From: Bacteroidia bacterium
Lineage (GTDB): Bacteria; Bacteroidota; Bacteroidia; NS11-12g; UBA9320
Direction: 5' to 3'
DNA: 64,000 nt
Assembly (NCBI GenBank): GCA_965216465.1
Contig: CBDCFW010000004.1
Span: forward strand, 224,001 to 288,000
Under the pieces are notes generated by a model. The model was not told the DNA's origin. It worked only from the letters and a program-made list of their open reading frames with translations, and ran no database searches. Position numbers and translations under genes: made by a program. Within the stretch, counting starts at the first letter, position 1. Each line of letters starts with the position of its first letter. Shown one piece after another: positions 1 to 9,888 of this stretch.

Positions 1-1
1 A

Positions 2-322
2 AATGGCAAGGTAGCCCGAAACTTGATTGATGGTGTTTTGGTCAATGTTAACCTTTGGAGCCTTGCATTCAACCAAAAAAAATGGCTTCATATCTCGATC
101 GTAAACTACAACATCGTAGCGCTTGTTTGAGTTTGGAAGACTTCGTTCTACACTAATTCTTCCCTTCGGGAAATTGTTCTCAATTAGCTGACAAACAACG
201 TGTTGCCGTACCCACTCTTCAGGAGTTAACACAACATATTTATTTCTTATTCGATCAAATATGTGGTTTTTGTTTTTTTGCGTCTTTATTTGAAAACTGA
301 AATCAGGGAAGTTTAATTTCAC
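2..322 (-). CDS. Type I restriction enzyme HsdR N-terminal domain protein (stand-alone type), 3' end runs off the window
   Basis: Manual translation from GTG at 322: MKLNFPDFSFQIKTQKNKNHIFDRIRNKYVVLTPEEWVRQHV, carrying the FDxIRxKxVxLTPEEWVRQ motif of HSDR_N_2 proteins. Absent from the ORF track because it is truncated. Confidence 0.85.
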   Translation of the reverse strand, partial: MKLNFPDFSFQIKTQKNKNHIFDRIRNKYVVLTPEEWVRQHVVCQLIENNFPKGRISVERSLPNSNKRYDVVVYDRDMKPFFLVECKAPKVNIDQNTINQVSGYLAI

Positions 323-334
323 GAGATTATAATA

Positions 335-1357
335 ATGGCCAAAGGTAGCAGTTCATACACTCAATTCAATACTTTAATTGAACAACTCGAGCAAAATATC
401 GTGCAACCGGTTTATTTGCTTCATGGCGAAGAATACTACTTTTTAGAAAAGCTATTGAATAAAATTGAAGAGGTAACACTCGATGAGGCCACCAAAAGTT
501 TTAATCATCAGGTTTTTTATGGCAAAGATTCTAACATTCTCGACATCATAAACGTAGCGAGGCGGTATCCAATGATGGCCGATAAGCAATTGGTCGTGCT
601 TAAAGAGGCACAGCACATTCGCAAGCCCGAACTTATTGTTCCATACCTCGAAAATCCGATTCCAAGTACGGTGCTGGTTTGGTACCACCCCGGAAAGAAA
701 CTTCCGATGAATCGTAAGCCAGGCACTGCATTTAAGAAATTAACAGCTTTTAATGCGGAACCCATTTCAGAGAAAGAAGTTGTTCCGGTAGTGTCAAAGT
801 ATATAGCGGATGAGGGTTATGATATTGAGCCCAAGCCATTACATCTTCTGGTAAGCAACAGCAGTGGAAAGTTCTCACTCATCGTAAGTGAATTGGAAAA
901 AGTATTTTCCAACCTTGAAAAAGGGAATAAGATTAGAGAAGAACACATCCAGAAGTATGTTGGGATTAACAAAGACTACAATATTTTCTCGCTACAAAAA
1001 GCATTGGCACAAAAGAACAAAGTAGGGGTTGTAGAGATTATGAACTACTTCGCAAACAACCTCAACAAGAATCCTTTGGTGGTCATAAACGCGTCACTTT
1101 TTAGCTACTTCAAAAAGGTGGCGATCATGCAATCGATGGCTAGAAACACCGATAAAGAGATTATGAGTGCACTTGGAATTCCATTTTTTGCCATCGGAGA
1201 ATACAGGCAAGCCGCTAGTAATTACCGCGGTACGGCAATCAAAGAAGTAATCAACTGCATTAACGATTGCGATCTTAAGTTTAAGGGGATAAAAGAAAAC
1301 ACAGGCGGTGAACGAGAATTGTTTGAAGAAACGATCTTAAAAATACTGTCATTATAG
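335..1357 (+). CDS. holA: DNA polymerase III subunit delta
   Basis: 340 aa; VYLLHGEEYY, FNHQVFYGKD, ARRYPMMA, SELEK and YNIFSLQKAL motifs typical of Bacteroidota HolA. Confidence 0.93.
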   Translation: MAKGSSSYTQFNTLIEQLEQNIVQPVYLLHGEEYYFLEKLLNKIEEVTLDEATKSFNHQVFYGKDSNILDIINVARRYPMMADKQLVVLKEAQHIRKPELIVPYLENPIPSTVLVWYHPGKKLPMNRKPGTAFKKLTAFNAEPISEKEVVPVVSKYIADEGYDIEPKPLHLLVSNSSGKFSLIVSELEKVFSNLEKGNKIREEHIQKYVGINKDYNIFSLQKALAQKNKVGVVEIMNYFANNLNKNPLVVINASLFSYFKKVAIMQSMARNTDKEIMSALGIPFFAIGEYRQAASNYRGTAIKEVINCINDCDLKFKGIKENTGGERELFEETILKILSL

Positions 1358-1428
1358 GGTTGGTTTTCTTTTGCTTCTTCGAAGAAATTGCTATTTTGGT
1401 CGCCGATTTAAACGTAACTTAATATTAC

Positions 1429-3357
1429 ATGAAAAAAACATTACTAATTGCAATTCTGCTTAGCCCCTTCATTATGCAGGCGCAGCAGAACGTAAATTAC
1501 AGCCATCCGGTAGAAACTACTTTGGATGACGACCATAAGGAGTATAGAACTTCTTCTACAATTACTCCAGGTAAGCAAACAACTGAATTTAAAGACAAAG
1601 CTAAAGGTCACCAGTATGTACAAATCGGAGAAACTTACTACGATTTACAATCAAATGGTTCTCCTGGTGCTCGTGTAATTCTTCACGATGATGGTACTAT
1701 CTCTGCAGTTTGGACTACAAGCCCAAACGATGATTCAGGATGGCCATTAAGAGGAGCTGGTTACAATCACTATGACGGTTCTGACTGGGATGGAGTTATC
1801 TCTGACAGAATTGAAGGTGAGCGCGTAGGTTTCCCTAACATTGTACTTTTAGGTAACGGAAAAGAAGCAGTGATTTCTCACCAAGCTAACACAGTTAACT
1901 TAGGTGGTTATTACATTTCTTCAAACTCTGCTGTGGGTGCTACCGATTGGTCAACTAGCGATAGAGTTTTAGATGACGAATCAGAGCCAGGTACAAACTA
2001 TGTTCCTATCTGGAATAGAAGTGGTGCTGACGATGGATACGTTCACTTACTATCTACCTACTGGTTTAGTGAGGCAGCGAACGTACCATATCCAACTAAG
2101 AATGGTGTTAATCAGCCATTAACTTACTCAAGATCTACCGATAACGGTGCTACTTGGGATAAAGTTCATACTATACTTCCAGGCTACGATTCAACGTTCA
2201 CAAGATTCCAAAGAGTTGGTGCATACGCAATCGACGTTAAAGATTCTGTAGTAGCGATAATCTCTGGTGGTCAATACTCTCAAATCGGACTTTGGAAGTC
2301 TACTGACTACGGTGAAACATTTACCTTCACTGCAGTTGATCAATACCCTTCGGGATTTGATGAATTCATTGAGCCAGGTGATACAATTACAACTAACGAC
2401 GGAGCACTTGATGTGTTAATCGACGATAACGATAAAGTTCACGTATTTTATGGCACATGGCCATTCCTTGATGAGGATACAACTGACGGTACCATAACCA
2501 TCTTTACTGCAAGCTCAATGATTGCTCACTGGATGGAAGGAATGACTGAGCCTCAATTCTGTGGTGGTTTGATCGATATGGACCAAAACCCACAATCATT
2601 TGATATTACAAGAGAAACTTGGAACTCATTAGACGCTAACGATATTCCACAGAACAACTTAGGTGCTGCTGCACGTTATGGTTCTTCTTTCTTAGCTACT
2701 CAGCCAAGTTCTTCAATCGATGCTAACGGAAATATTTATTGTGTGTACTCAGCACCTGTTGAAGGAGTTAAAAACTTCTTGAACGTGAACTATAGAGATA
2801 TTCATGTAGTATTCTCTACAGATGGAGGTGTAACATGGGCTCCAACACAAAACTTAACTCAAGATAGAACTACAGAAAATGCCTTCCCAATGGTGGCTAA
2901 AGATGCAGACAACTTCTTACACGTGGTATTCCAACAAGATGAGTGGCCAGGTACTACCTTGTTAAACAACTCTGTTGATGGAACTCACCCGAACGATGTA
3001 AATGCAATTCAATATACCGCAGTTCCTGTTTCTACCATCTTAAACAATGAGATTGGTCAAAACTTACTAGGAGCAGAAAAGGTTGAGAAAGCTGCTGAAG
3101 TATTTGTTGTTAGCCAAAACCAACCAAATCCATTTACAGGAACTTCTGAAGTAATCATTTACCTACAAAGCGGTTCTGAAGTTACGTTAACAGTAACCGA
3201 CATTTTAGGTAATGTAGTTAACCAAGGAAACTTAGGTGTACTAGGTGCAGGAAACCACGCTATCACGATCGATGGTAATGGTCTTTCAAGTGGAATGTAT
3301 TTCTATACATTGTCTACTGTTGATCACCAAGTTACTCGCAAAATGCAAGTTAACTAA
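1429..3357 (+). CDS. T9SS type A sorting domain protein with Asp-box (BNR) repeats, probable beta-propeller
   Basis: Signal peptide; SRSTDNGATW, KSTDYGETF and FSTDGGVTW Asp-boxes; CTD QNQPNPF...LSSGMYFYTL...TRKMQVN. Confidence 0.85.
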   Translation: MKKTLLIAILLSPFIMQAQQNVNYSHPVETTLDDDHKEYRTSSTITPGKQTTEFKDKAKGHQYVQIGETYYDLQSNGSPGARVILHDDGTISAVWTTSPNDDSGWPLRGAGYNHYDGSDWDGVISDRIEGERVGFPNIVLLGNGKEAVISHQANTVNLGGYYISSNSAVGATDWSTSDRVLDDESEPGTNYVPIWNRSGADDGYVHLLSTYWFSEAANVPYPTKNGVNQPLTYSRSTDNGATWDKVHTILPGYDSTFTRFQRVGAYAIDVKDSVVAIISGGQYSQIGLWKSTDYGETFTFTAVDQYPSGFDEFIEPGDTITTNDGALDVLIDDNDKVHVFYGTWPFLDEDTTDGTITIFTASSMIAHWMEGMTEPQFCGGLIDMDQNPQSFDITRETWNSLDANDIPQNNLGAAARYGSSFLATQPSSSIDANGNIYCVYSAPVEGVKNFLNVNYRDIHVVFSTDGGVTWAPTQNLTQDRTTENAFPMVAKDADNFLHVVFQQDEWPGTTLLNNSVDGTHPNDVNAIQYTAVPVSTILNNEIGQNLLGAEKVEKAAEVFVVSQNQPNPFTGTSEVIIYLQSGSEVTLTVTDILGNVVNQGNLGVLGAGNHAITIDGNGLSSGMYFYTLSTVDHQVTRKMQVN

Positions 3358-3374
3358 TTGATAAAAAAGTCTTT

Positions 3375-3410
3375 AAAAATCCGAGGCAGAAATGTCTCGG
3401 ATTTTTTTTT
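3375..3410 (+). terminator. Intrinsic terminator
   Basis: AAAAATCCGAGGCA-GAAA-TGTCTCGGATTTTT hairpin followed by a T run. Confidence 0.85.
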
Positions 3411-3440
3411 GAAAAAAATTGATACAATTTAAAAAAGAAT

Positions 3441-3448
3441 TACTTTTG
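3441..3448 (+). promoter_or_regulatory. Bacteroidota sigmaA -7 box upstream of tRNA-Leu
   Basis: TACTTTTG matches TAnnTTTG, 22 nt before the tRNA. Confidence 0.7.
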
Positions 3449-3470
3449 CAGCCCTTTTGAAGGAAACATT

Positions 3471-3552
3471 GCGGGCGTGGTGAAATTGGTAGACACGCTA
3501 GACTTAGGATCTAGTGCCGCAAGGTGTGAAGGTTCGAGTCCTTTCGCCCGCA
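3471..3552 (+). tRNA. tRNA-Leu (anticodon TAG), CCA not encoded
   Basis: Acceptor stem GCGGGCG/CGCCCGC, D-loop GAAATTGGTAGAC, anticodon arm CTAGA-CTTAGGA-TCTAG, long variable arm, T-loop GGTTCGAGTCC. Confidence 0.96.
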
Positions 3553-3567
3553 CAAGTCGAAAATTAC

Positions 3568-3598
3568 AAAGCCCTGGTAAAACAGGGTTTTGTTTTTT
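3568..3598 (+). terminator. Intrinsic terminator after tRNA-Leu
   Basis: AAAGCCCTG-GTAAAA-CAGGGTTTT followed by GTTTTTT. Confidence 0.65.
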
Positions 3599-3649
3599 AA
3601 GACGATTTCTGACCAAGAGGATTTAACATAACATAAAAAGAATAGAACC

Positions 3650-5029
3650 GTGAACGTTACACTCGAGAAAAAAGATGCATTAAACGCTTTAATCACTATT
3701 GAGATTAGCAAAGATGACTATCAGGAAAAACTAGACGCACAGTTTAAAGATTACCGTAAAAAAGCTAAAATTCCAGGTTTTAGACCTGGGCAAGTTCCTC
3801 TAGGAATGGTTAAAAGCATGATCGGTAAAAGTGTACTTTACGAAGAAGTGAACAAGCTTACATCTTCAAGCTTATACGACTACCTTCAAGAAAATAAAAT
3901 TGACATTCTTGGGCAACCAATGGAAAGCGTTGATAAAGAAAGCCAAATCGATTTCGATAGCTATGGTGACTTTGTATTTCATTTTGATATTGGACTTGCA
4001 CCAGAATTCGAATTGAACATCGATACGAAAGACAAGCTAACCCGCTTTGAAGTTGAGATGGACAAAGAAGAAGTTCAAACTGAAATCAAAAACCTAAGAA
4101 GACAAAACGGTAAAATTGAAAACATTGAGAAGTCTGAGACGGACAATGACTCAATTGTGATGTTGATGACCGAATTGGATAAGAAAGGTGGTGAGCATAA
4201 AGATGGAGGCGTTTTCGAACAAGAAGTAACTGTTCTTCCTGAAGTAGTAAAAAGTAAAAAAGTTGTTAAGCAATTAATCGGTGTTTCAGTTGATGATGAA
4301 ATCGATTTAAATGTATTCGACCTTTTCAACGATAACGAAATGGTAATTGCTCACTCTTTGGGAATAGAAAAAGAGGCGGTTGCCGGTTTAAACAAAACGT
4401 TTAAAGGTAAAGTTAAGGAAATCCGTAAGGTGATTCCTGCTGCTTTAGATCAAGCATTTTACGATTTAGTTTTAGGACCAAAAGCTGTAGAAAACCAAGA
4501 AGACTTCGAGCAGAAAATTGAAGAAAACTTGGGACAATACTACGTTGCAGAAGCTGAAAAGCAATTGGAAGCTGAAGTGAATGCAATGCTTGAGAAAAAG
4601 CACCAGTTAGACCTTCCAGATGAGTTCTTGAAACGTTGGTTAACAGAAACCAAGCCAGAAACATACAACACTGAGAATATTGAAGAGTTGTATGGCAATG
4701 AGTCTAAGGTACTTAGAAAGCAATTGATTCGTGAAAAGATTGCTGAACAACAAAATGTAGAGGTTTCTGACGAAGATATCAACCAAACATCTTTTGCCTA
4801 TACTGCTCAAGTGCTAAGACAATATGGAATCAACAACCCTGATCCAGCGATGATCCAAAACTTCGAAGCTAAGAACAGAGAAGATCAAGGATACCTGTTG
4901 AGAATTAGAGATGTTGTCGTTGAGAAGAAGGTTCTTGACAAGGTGAAAGAACTTATCACTATCAAGCCTAAGAAAATCTCAGTAGAGAAATTCTACGACG
5001 AAGTAAAAAAGTTTAGCGAGAAGGCTTAG
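3650..5029 (+). CDS. tig: Trigger factor
   Basis: Ribosome-binding signature IPGFRPGQVP; upstream of clpP-clpX; GTG start. Confidence 0.95.
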   Translation: MNVTLEKKDALNALITIEISKDDYQEKLDAQFKDYRKKAKIPGFRPGQVPLGMVKSMIGKSVLYEEVNKLTSSSLYDYLQENKIDILGQPMESVDKESQIDFDSYGDFVFHFDIGLAPEFELNIDTKDKLTRFEVEMDKEEVQTEIKNLRRQNGKIENIEKSETDNDSIVMLMTELDKKGGEHKDGGVFEQEVTVLPEVVKSKKVVKQLIGVSVDDEIDLNVFDLFNDNEMVIAHSLGIEKEAVAGLNKTFKGKVKEIRKVIPAALDQAFYDLVLGPKAVENQEDFEQKIEENLGQYYVAEAEKQLEAEVNAMLEKKHQLDLPDEFLKRWLTETKPETYNTENIEELYGNESKVLRKQLIREKIAEQQNVEVSDEDINQTSFAYTAQVLRQYGINNPDPAMIQNFEAKNREDQGYLLRIRDVVVEKKVLDKVKELITIKPKKISVEKFYDEVKKFSEKA

Positions 5030-5111
5030 CTTTATTTCTTAGACAGTTGTGTTTACGATGTACATAACTGAACTTATTTCTGATGTAATTGTTTAATTTT
5101 GACCTATAATT

Positions 5112-5792
5112 ATGGATTACGGAAAAGAATTTAGAAACTATGCTATTAAGCATCAAGGAATAAGCAGTCTCAAAGTAGATCACTATATAAGCAGTTCAAT
5201 TGCGACGCCCCAAGACATGACCAGAACCGTTATTGAAGAGCGCCAAATGCCATTTAGAGAAGTTGATGTTTTCTCACGATTGATGGCTGATAGAATTATC
5301 TTCTTGGGAACCGGAATTGATGATTACATCGCTAATGTGATACAAGCTCAGATGCTTTTCTTAGAAAGTACTGACGCTAAAAGAGATATTCAAGTTTATA
5401 TAAACAGTCCTGGTGGTTCGGTGTATGCTGGATTAGGTATTTACGATACCATGCAGTACATCGCTCCTGATGTTGCAACTATTTGTACGGGTATGGCGGC
5501 TAGCATGGGTGCTGTATTAATGTGTGCAGGTGCCAAAGGAAAAAGAACCGCACTTAAGCATAGTAGAGTAATGATTCACCAGCCTTTAGGAGGTGCTCAA
5601 GGTCAGGCAACTGATATGGAGATAACGGTGAAAGAAATATTGAAATTGAAAAGAGAACTTTATGAGATTATCGCTCATCACTCTGGTCAGAAATTGGCTA
5701 AAGTTGAGAAAGATAGCGAAAGAGATTACTGGATGACTTCTACTGAAGCGAAGGCATACGGTATGATCGACGAAGTTCTTGAGAAAAAATAA
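5112..5792 (+). CDS. clpP: ATP-dependent Clp protease proteolytic subunit
   Basis: [28 protein letters not shown] (catalytic Ser), MIHQP (catalytic His). Confidence 0.97.
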   Translation: MDYGKEFRNYAIKHQGISSLKVDHYISSSIATPQDMTRTVIEERQMPFREVDVFSRLMADRIIFLGTGIDDYIANVIQAQMLFLESTDAKRDIQVYINSPGGSVYAGLGIYDTMQYIAPDVATICTGMAASMGAVLMCAGAKGKRTALKHSRVMIHQPLGGAQGQATDMEITVKEILKLKRELYEIIAHHSGQKLAKVEKDSERDYWMTSTEAKAYGMIDEVLEKK

Positions 5793-5794
5793 TT

Positions 5795-7003
5795 ATGCAG
5801 TTAACATGTTCATTTTGCGGGCGTAGCAAGGGTGATGTAGGCTTACTGATCTCTGGAATTGATGCACACATCTGTGAAGATTGCATCTTGCAAGGCAATG
5901 AAATTCTTCTTTCTGAAGGAAAAGGAAAAGCAAAAGAAAATGCGTTCGATCTTAAGCTCAAAACACCTAAAGAGGTCAAAGAGAGTTTAGATGAATATGT
6001 AATCGGACAAGACAAGGCCAAAAAAACATTAAGCGTAGCGGTTTACAACCATTATAAACGTTTGACCTATGAAACTTCAAAAGACGAAGTGGAGTTAGAG
6101 AAATCAAATGTTTTGCTTATTGGTGAAACAGGTACAGGGAAGACTTTGCTTGCAAAGACATTGGCTAGAACATTAGAAGTTCCGTTTTGTATAGCAGATG
6201 CAACTGTTTTAACTGAAGCAGGTTATGTAGGAGAAGATGTTGAGTCAATCATTTCGCGATTGTTTCAGGCATCGGATTACGATAAAGCTGCCACGGAAAG
6301 AGGTATTATTTATATCGATGAGATAGACAAGATTGCTCGTAAATCTGACAATCCTTCTATCACTCGCGATGTAAGTGGTGAAGGAGTACAACAAGGCTTA
6401 CTAAAAATTCTTGAAGGCACGGTGGCAAATGTGGCTCCTCAAGGTGGAAGAAAACATCCAGACCAAAAAATGGTTCAGATTGATACATCTAACATTCTTT
6501 TCATATGTGGAGGGGCATTTGACGGTATCGAAAAAATTATTTCAAGAAGAATGCAAGCCAACGCTCTTGGATTTAAAGCTCAGGCGGAAGAAGATATCAC
6601 CGCTGAAGAATGTTTGGAGTATGCAACACCTGCAGACTTAAAACAATTTGGATTAATCCCTGAAATTATTGGTCGTGTTCCAATTCTAACAGCATTAAAA
6701 CCATTAAACGCAGAGACCTTAAAAGCGATTCTTTTGGAACCAAAAAATGCATTGATTCGTCAATACAAAAAACTCTTCGAAATGGAAGGTGTTAAATTGA
6801 CTATTGCCGAGCCCGTAGTTGATTACATTGTGGCCAAAGCAGTTGAGTTTAAACTTGGAGCAAGAGGTTTAAGGTCTATCTGTGAGGCGGTTTTGAGCGA
6901 TTACATGTACGAAACTCCATCCGATGATTCAGTTAAAGAAATTACCATCGGAATTGAAGAAGCTGAAAAAGTGATTGAGAAACTTCGCTTGAAAGCAGCG
7001 TAA
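5795..7003 (+). CDS. clpX: ATP-dependent Clp protease ATP-binding subunit
   Basis: Zn finger CSFC...CEDC, Walker [38 protein letters not shown] loop, LGF loop. Confidence 0.97.
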   Translation: MQLTCSFCGRSKGDVGLLISGIDAHICEDCILQGNEILLSEGKGKAKENAFDLKLKTPKEVKESLDEYVIGQDKAKKTLSVAVYNHYKRLTYETSKDEVELEKSNVLLIGETGTGKTLLAKTLARTLEVPFCIADATVLTEAGYVGEDVESIISRLFQASDYDKAATERGIIYIDEIDKIARKSDNPSITRDVSGEGVQQGLLKILEGTVANVAPQGGRKHPDQKMVQIDTSNILFICGGAFDGIEKIISRRMQANALGFKAQAEEDITAEECLEYATPADLKQFGLIPEIIGRVPILTALKPLNAETLKAILLEPKNALIRQYKKLFEMEGVKLTIAEPVVDYIVAKAVEFKLGARGLRSICEAVLSDYMYETPSDDSVKEITIGIEEAEKVIEKLRLKAA

Positions 7004-7059
7004 TTATTCTAAAAAATTTCTTGCACATCCTATTATTTTGGCTTGTTTTGAGGTAAGCT

Positions 7060-8415
7060 TTGAGAAATAGATTTACCAAAAACGACCCCAAAGTTATAAA
7101 AGCGTGGACTTTCTATGATTGGGCCAACTCGGTTTATAACTTAATTATTTCGACAGCGATTTTTCCAATTTTCTATGAAGGGATAACGGCTAATAACGGT
7201 AAGCAACAAGTGATTAATGGTGAAACAGTTGATGTTGTTCGCTTCTTTGGTCGAGAGTTTGTCAATACGGAGTTATACTCCTATGTATATTCGGCTTCTT
7301 TTTTCGTAGTTGTGCTTATGGTCCCAATACTTTCAGGCATAGCTGATTATTCGGGAACCAAAAAGCGTTTCTTACAGTTCTTTTGCTATCTGGGTGCACT
7401 TTCTTGCATGTCGCTTTACTTTTTTGACGTAGAAAGGTTAGAACTCAGCATGCTTTCTGTGTTTATGGCGAGTATTGGCTTTTGGGGCAGCTTAGTTTAT
7501 TACAATTCATTTTTGCTAGAAATTGCTGATAAATCACAACACGATAGAATAAGTGCTAAAGGTTTTTCGATGGGTTATATCGGTAGTGTAATTCTGCTGG
7601 TGACAATCTTGGTACTTAGTCAGTTTACTAATATCATGCCGATAAGAGGAGGATTCTTGTTGGTTGGAATTTGGTGGGCGGGCTTTGCTCAATATACTTA
7701 CTATTATCTTCCTGGGAAGTCATATTATCCCAAAAAAGAGAAAAACAGTCACGGCATATTATGGCACGGATACAAAGAGTTACGTAAGGTTTGGAGAGAG
7801 ATTCAAGGCATTAAAAGACTTAAGGCCTTTTTGGCAAGCTATTTCGTATACAACATGGGTGTTCAGACTGTAATGCTTTTGGCTGTATTATTTGCTTCAA
7901 AAGAAATTGATTGGGTTGCTGACTCGCCTATTTGGTGGCAGACCAAAGAAACAGGCCTAATTGTGAGCATTATTTTGATTCAGCTGATTGCTATTGCGGG
8001 TGCCTATGCCATGTCGAATTTATCAAAACGCTTTGGAAACATCAGAACCTTAATGGTTGCCACGCTGATTTGGGTGTTGTGTACAATCATAGCCTACTTC
8101 ATTCATATGCCGCTAGAGTTTTACGGCTTAGCTGTATTGGTGGGATTTGTAATGGGAGGCATTCAGTCGCTCAGTCGTTCAACCTATTCAAAGATGTTGC
8201 CACCAACCGAAGATACCGCTTCATATTTTAGCTTTTATGACGTAATGGAGAAGATTGGTTTAATAATCGGACCGTTCTTATTTGGCTTCTTAGAGGGCAT
8301 TAGCGGAAGCATGAGAACATCTGTTTTGATGTTGATGTCATTCTTTATTTTAGGATTCATTTTGTTGGTAATAACACGCAGAATTCACATTAAGGAAACA
8401 GCCAATGCTGCGTAA
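7060..8415 (+). CDS. MFS transporter, UMF1/ATG22 family
   Basis: AWTFYDWANS motif, about 12 TM segments, GGIQSLSRS motif; TTG start. Confidence 0.85.
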   Translation: MRNRFTKNDPKVIKAWTFYDWANSVYNLIISTAIFPIFYEGITANNGKQQVINGETVDVVRFFGREFVNTELYSYVYSASFFVVVLMVPILSGIADYSGTKKRFLQFFCYLGALSCMSLYFFDVERLELSMLSVFMASIGFWGSLVYYNSFLLEIADKSQHDRISAKGFSMGYIGSVILLVTILVLSQFTNIMPIRGGFLLVGIWWAGFAQYTYYYLPGKSYYPKKEKNSHGILWHGYKELRKVWREIQGIKRLKAFLASYFVYNMGVQTVMLLAVLFASKEIDWVADSPIWWQTKETGLIVSIILIQLIAIAGAYAMSNLSKRFGNIRTLMVATLIWVLCTIIAYFIHMPLEFYGLAVLVGFVMGGIQSLSRSTYSKMLPPTEDTASYFSFYDVMEKIGLIIGPFLFGFLEGISGSMRTSVLMLMSFFILGFILLVITRRIHIKETANAA

Positions 8416-9838
8416 ATTTTTATCTGACATTGCTTTCATGCAACTGGTTAATCTACTGATTAAGCCAATTTGGATTTTTGTGATTGATAGAAAGGTACAA
8501 GACATGCTCCCTGCCGAGGTTTATGGAAACTACTTTGCCTTGTTTAATTTTAGTTTGATTTTCTTCATTGTATTAGACCTCGGATTGAATAATTTCAATA
8601 TCACACAAGTTGCACGTGACGAGAAAAAGATTCGGGTTTTAACTGGTGGCATTTTAGGACTTAAAATCTTGCTAAGCTTTGTATATGTTGTTCTTGCATT
8701 TGTTGTTGGTTCGATGATAGGCTACGATGTGCAAGAATTTCAATTGTTAATTTTACTCTGTGTACTTCAAATTATTACTTCATTCAATCAATATTTAAGA
8801 AGCATAGTAGCTAGCCTCCAAAAGTTCAAATGGGACGGCGTCTTTATGGTACTCGATCGTGCCATAATGGTAATACTTTGTTCGCTATTGATATGGGGAG
8901 GGATAAGTGGATTTGATTTATCAATTGACCGCTTCGTATATGCACAAATAATTGGAGTCGCTTCAGTCTTTGTTGTGCTGTTGTTGTTTCTAAAAAATCG
9001 CCTGATCGGAGTTAAGCTTTCGTTCAATTTAAAGACTGTTTTTCCACTGTTAAAGCGTTCTTGGCCCTTTGCTTTGCTCATCGCCTTTATGGGGATGTAC
9101 AATTATCTTGATGGTGTAATGCTAAAGAGTTTAGTCGGGGATGAAGAAGCCGGAACTTATGCGTTAGGCTATCGACTGTTTTATGCACTGTTGATGTTTG
9201 CCCAAATATTTAGTGGGGTCTTGCTTCCATTTTTTAGTAAGAACATTTCAAATGCATATATCATCAATCGAATCTCAAATTATACGGCTAAGCTTTTATT
9301 GTTTATTGGTTTCACAGTTGCTTTCGTCAGCTTTGCATTCAGCAATGAGATAATTGAATTGTTATACCCCCAGAAAGCGTCCGTTTCTAGTTCAGAATCT
9401 TATGGATTATTAATGTTTGGATTTATAGGCTCAGCTTTAATCTTAGTTTATGGAACCTTGTTAACCGCGGGGTTACAACTAAAACAAATGAACTTCGCCG
9501 CCTTGTTTACGTTGATTTTGAACGTGATACTTAACCTGTGGTTGATTCCTATCTATGGTGCAAAAGGAGCAGCCATTGCCACTGTATCAAGTCAGTTAGT
9601 GTTTGGATTAAGTTGCTTCTTTGTTAGCTACCGAAGATTTAAATTTCCGATGAAGACTATCCAAGTTTTACTGCAATTCGTCGGTTTATCTCTTCTTTTT
9701 GTCATGACCGTAATTCTCAAACAATATTTAGAATCTCTAGTCGTTCATCTTGTGATGATCACACTTACGGTAATAATTTCAGCCTATCTATTCAAGTTGT
9801 TTGAACGAAAACATCTTAAGACGGTACTTAGAAAGTGA
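8405..9838 (+). CDS. Oligosaccharide flippase (Wzx/MATE-like polysaccharide export protein)
   Basis: About 12-14 TM segments, LDLGL motif, LIPIYGAKGAAIAT C-terminal motif. Confidence 0.82.
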   Translation: MLRKFLSDIAFMQLVNLLIKPIWIFVIDRKVQDMLPAEVYGNYFALFNFSLIFFIVLDLGLNNFNITQVARDEKKIRVLTGGILGLKILLSFVYVVLAFVVGSMIGYDVQEFQLLILLCVLQIITSFNQYLRSIVASLQKFKWDGVFMVLDRAIMVILCSLLIWGGISGFDLSIDRFVYAQIIGVASVFVVLLLFLKNRLIGVKLSFNLKTVFPLLKRSWPFALLIAFMGMYNYLDGVMLKSLVGDEEAGTYALGYRLFYALLMFAQIFSGVLLPFFSKNISNAYIINRISNYTAKLLLFIGFTVAFVSFAFSNEIIELLYPQKASVSSSESYGLLMFGFIGSALILVYGTLLTAGLQLKQMNFAALFTLILNVILNLWLIPIYGAKGAAIATVSSQLVFGLSCFFVSYRRFKFPMKTIQVLLQFVGLSLLFVMTVILKQYLESLVVHLVMITLTVIISAYLFKLFERKHLKTVLRK

Positions 9839-9888
9839 GTTATTTCTCACTATTAATGTACCTTTGCACACTTTATTAAATTTACCGA

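Noticed and set aside
2-322. Type I restriction-modification system
   Set aside because: Only the HsdR_N motif is visible, in the usual stand-alone holA-adjacent context. No hsdM or hsdS is seen, although the downstream region lies outside the window.
3471-3650. tRNA-Leu as integration site of a genomic island
   Set aside because: Flanks are core genes (tig-clpP-clpX); no integrase, and I saw no duplicated tRNA 3' end in the window.
3511-3711. 66-aa minus-strand ORF
   Set aside because: Antisense to tRNA-Leu and the tig start; a typical spurious translation.
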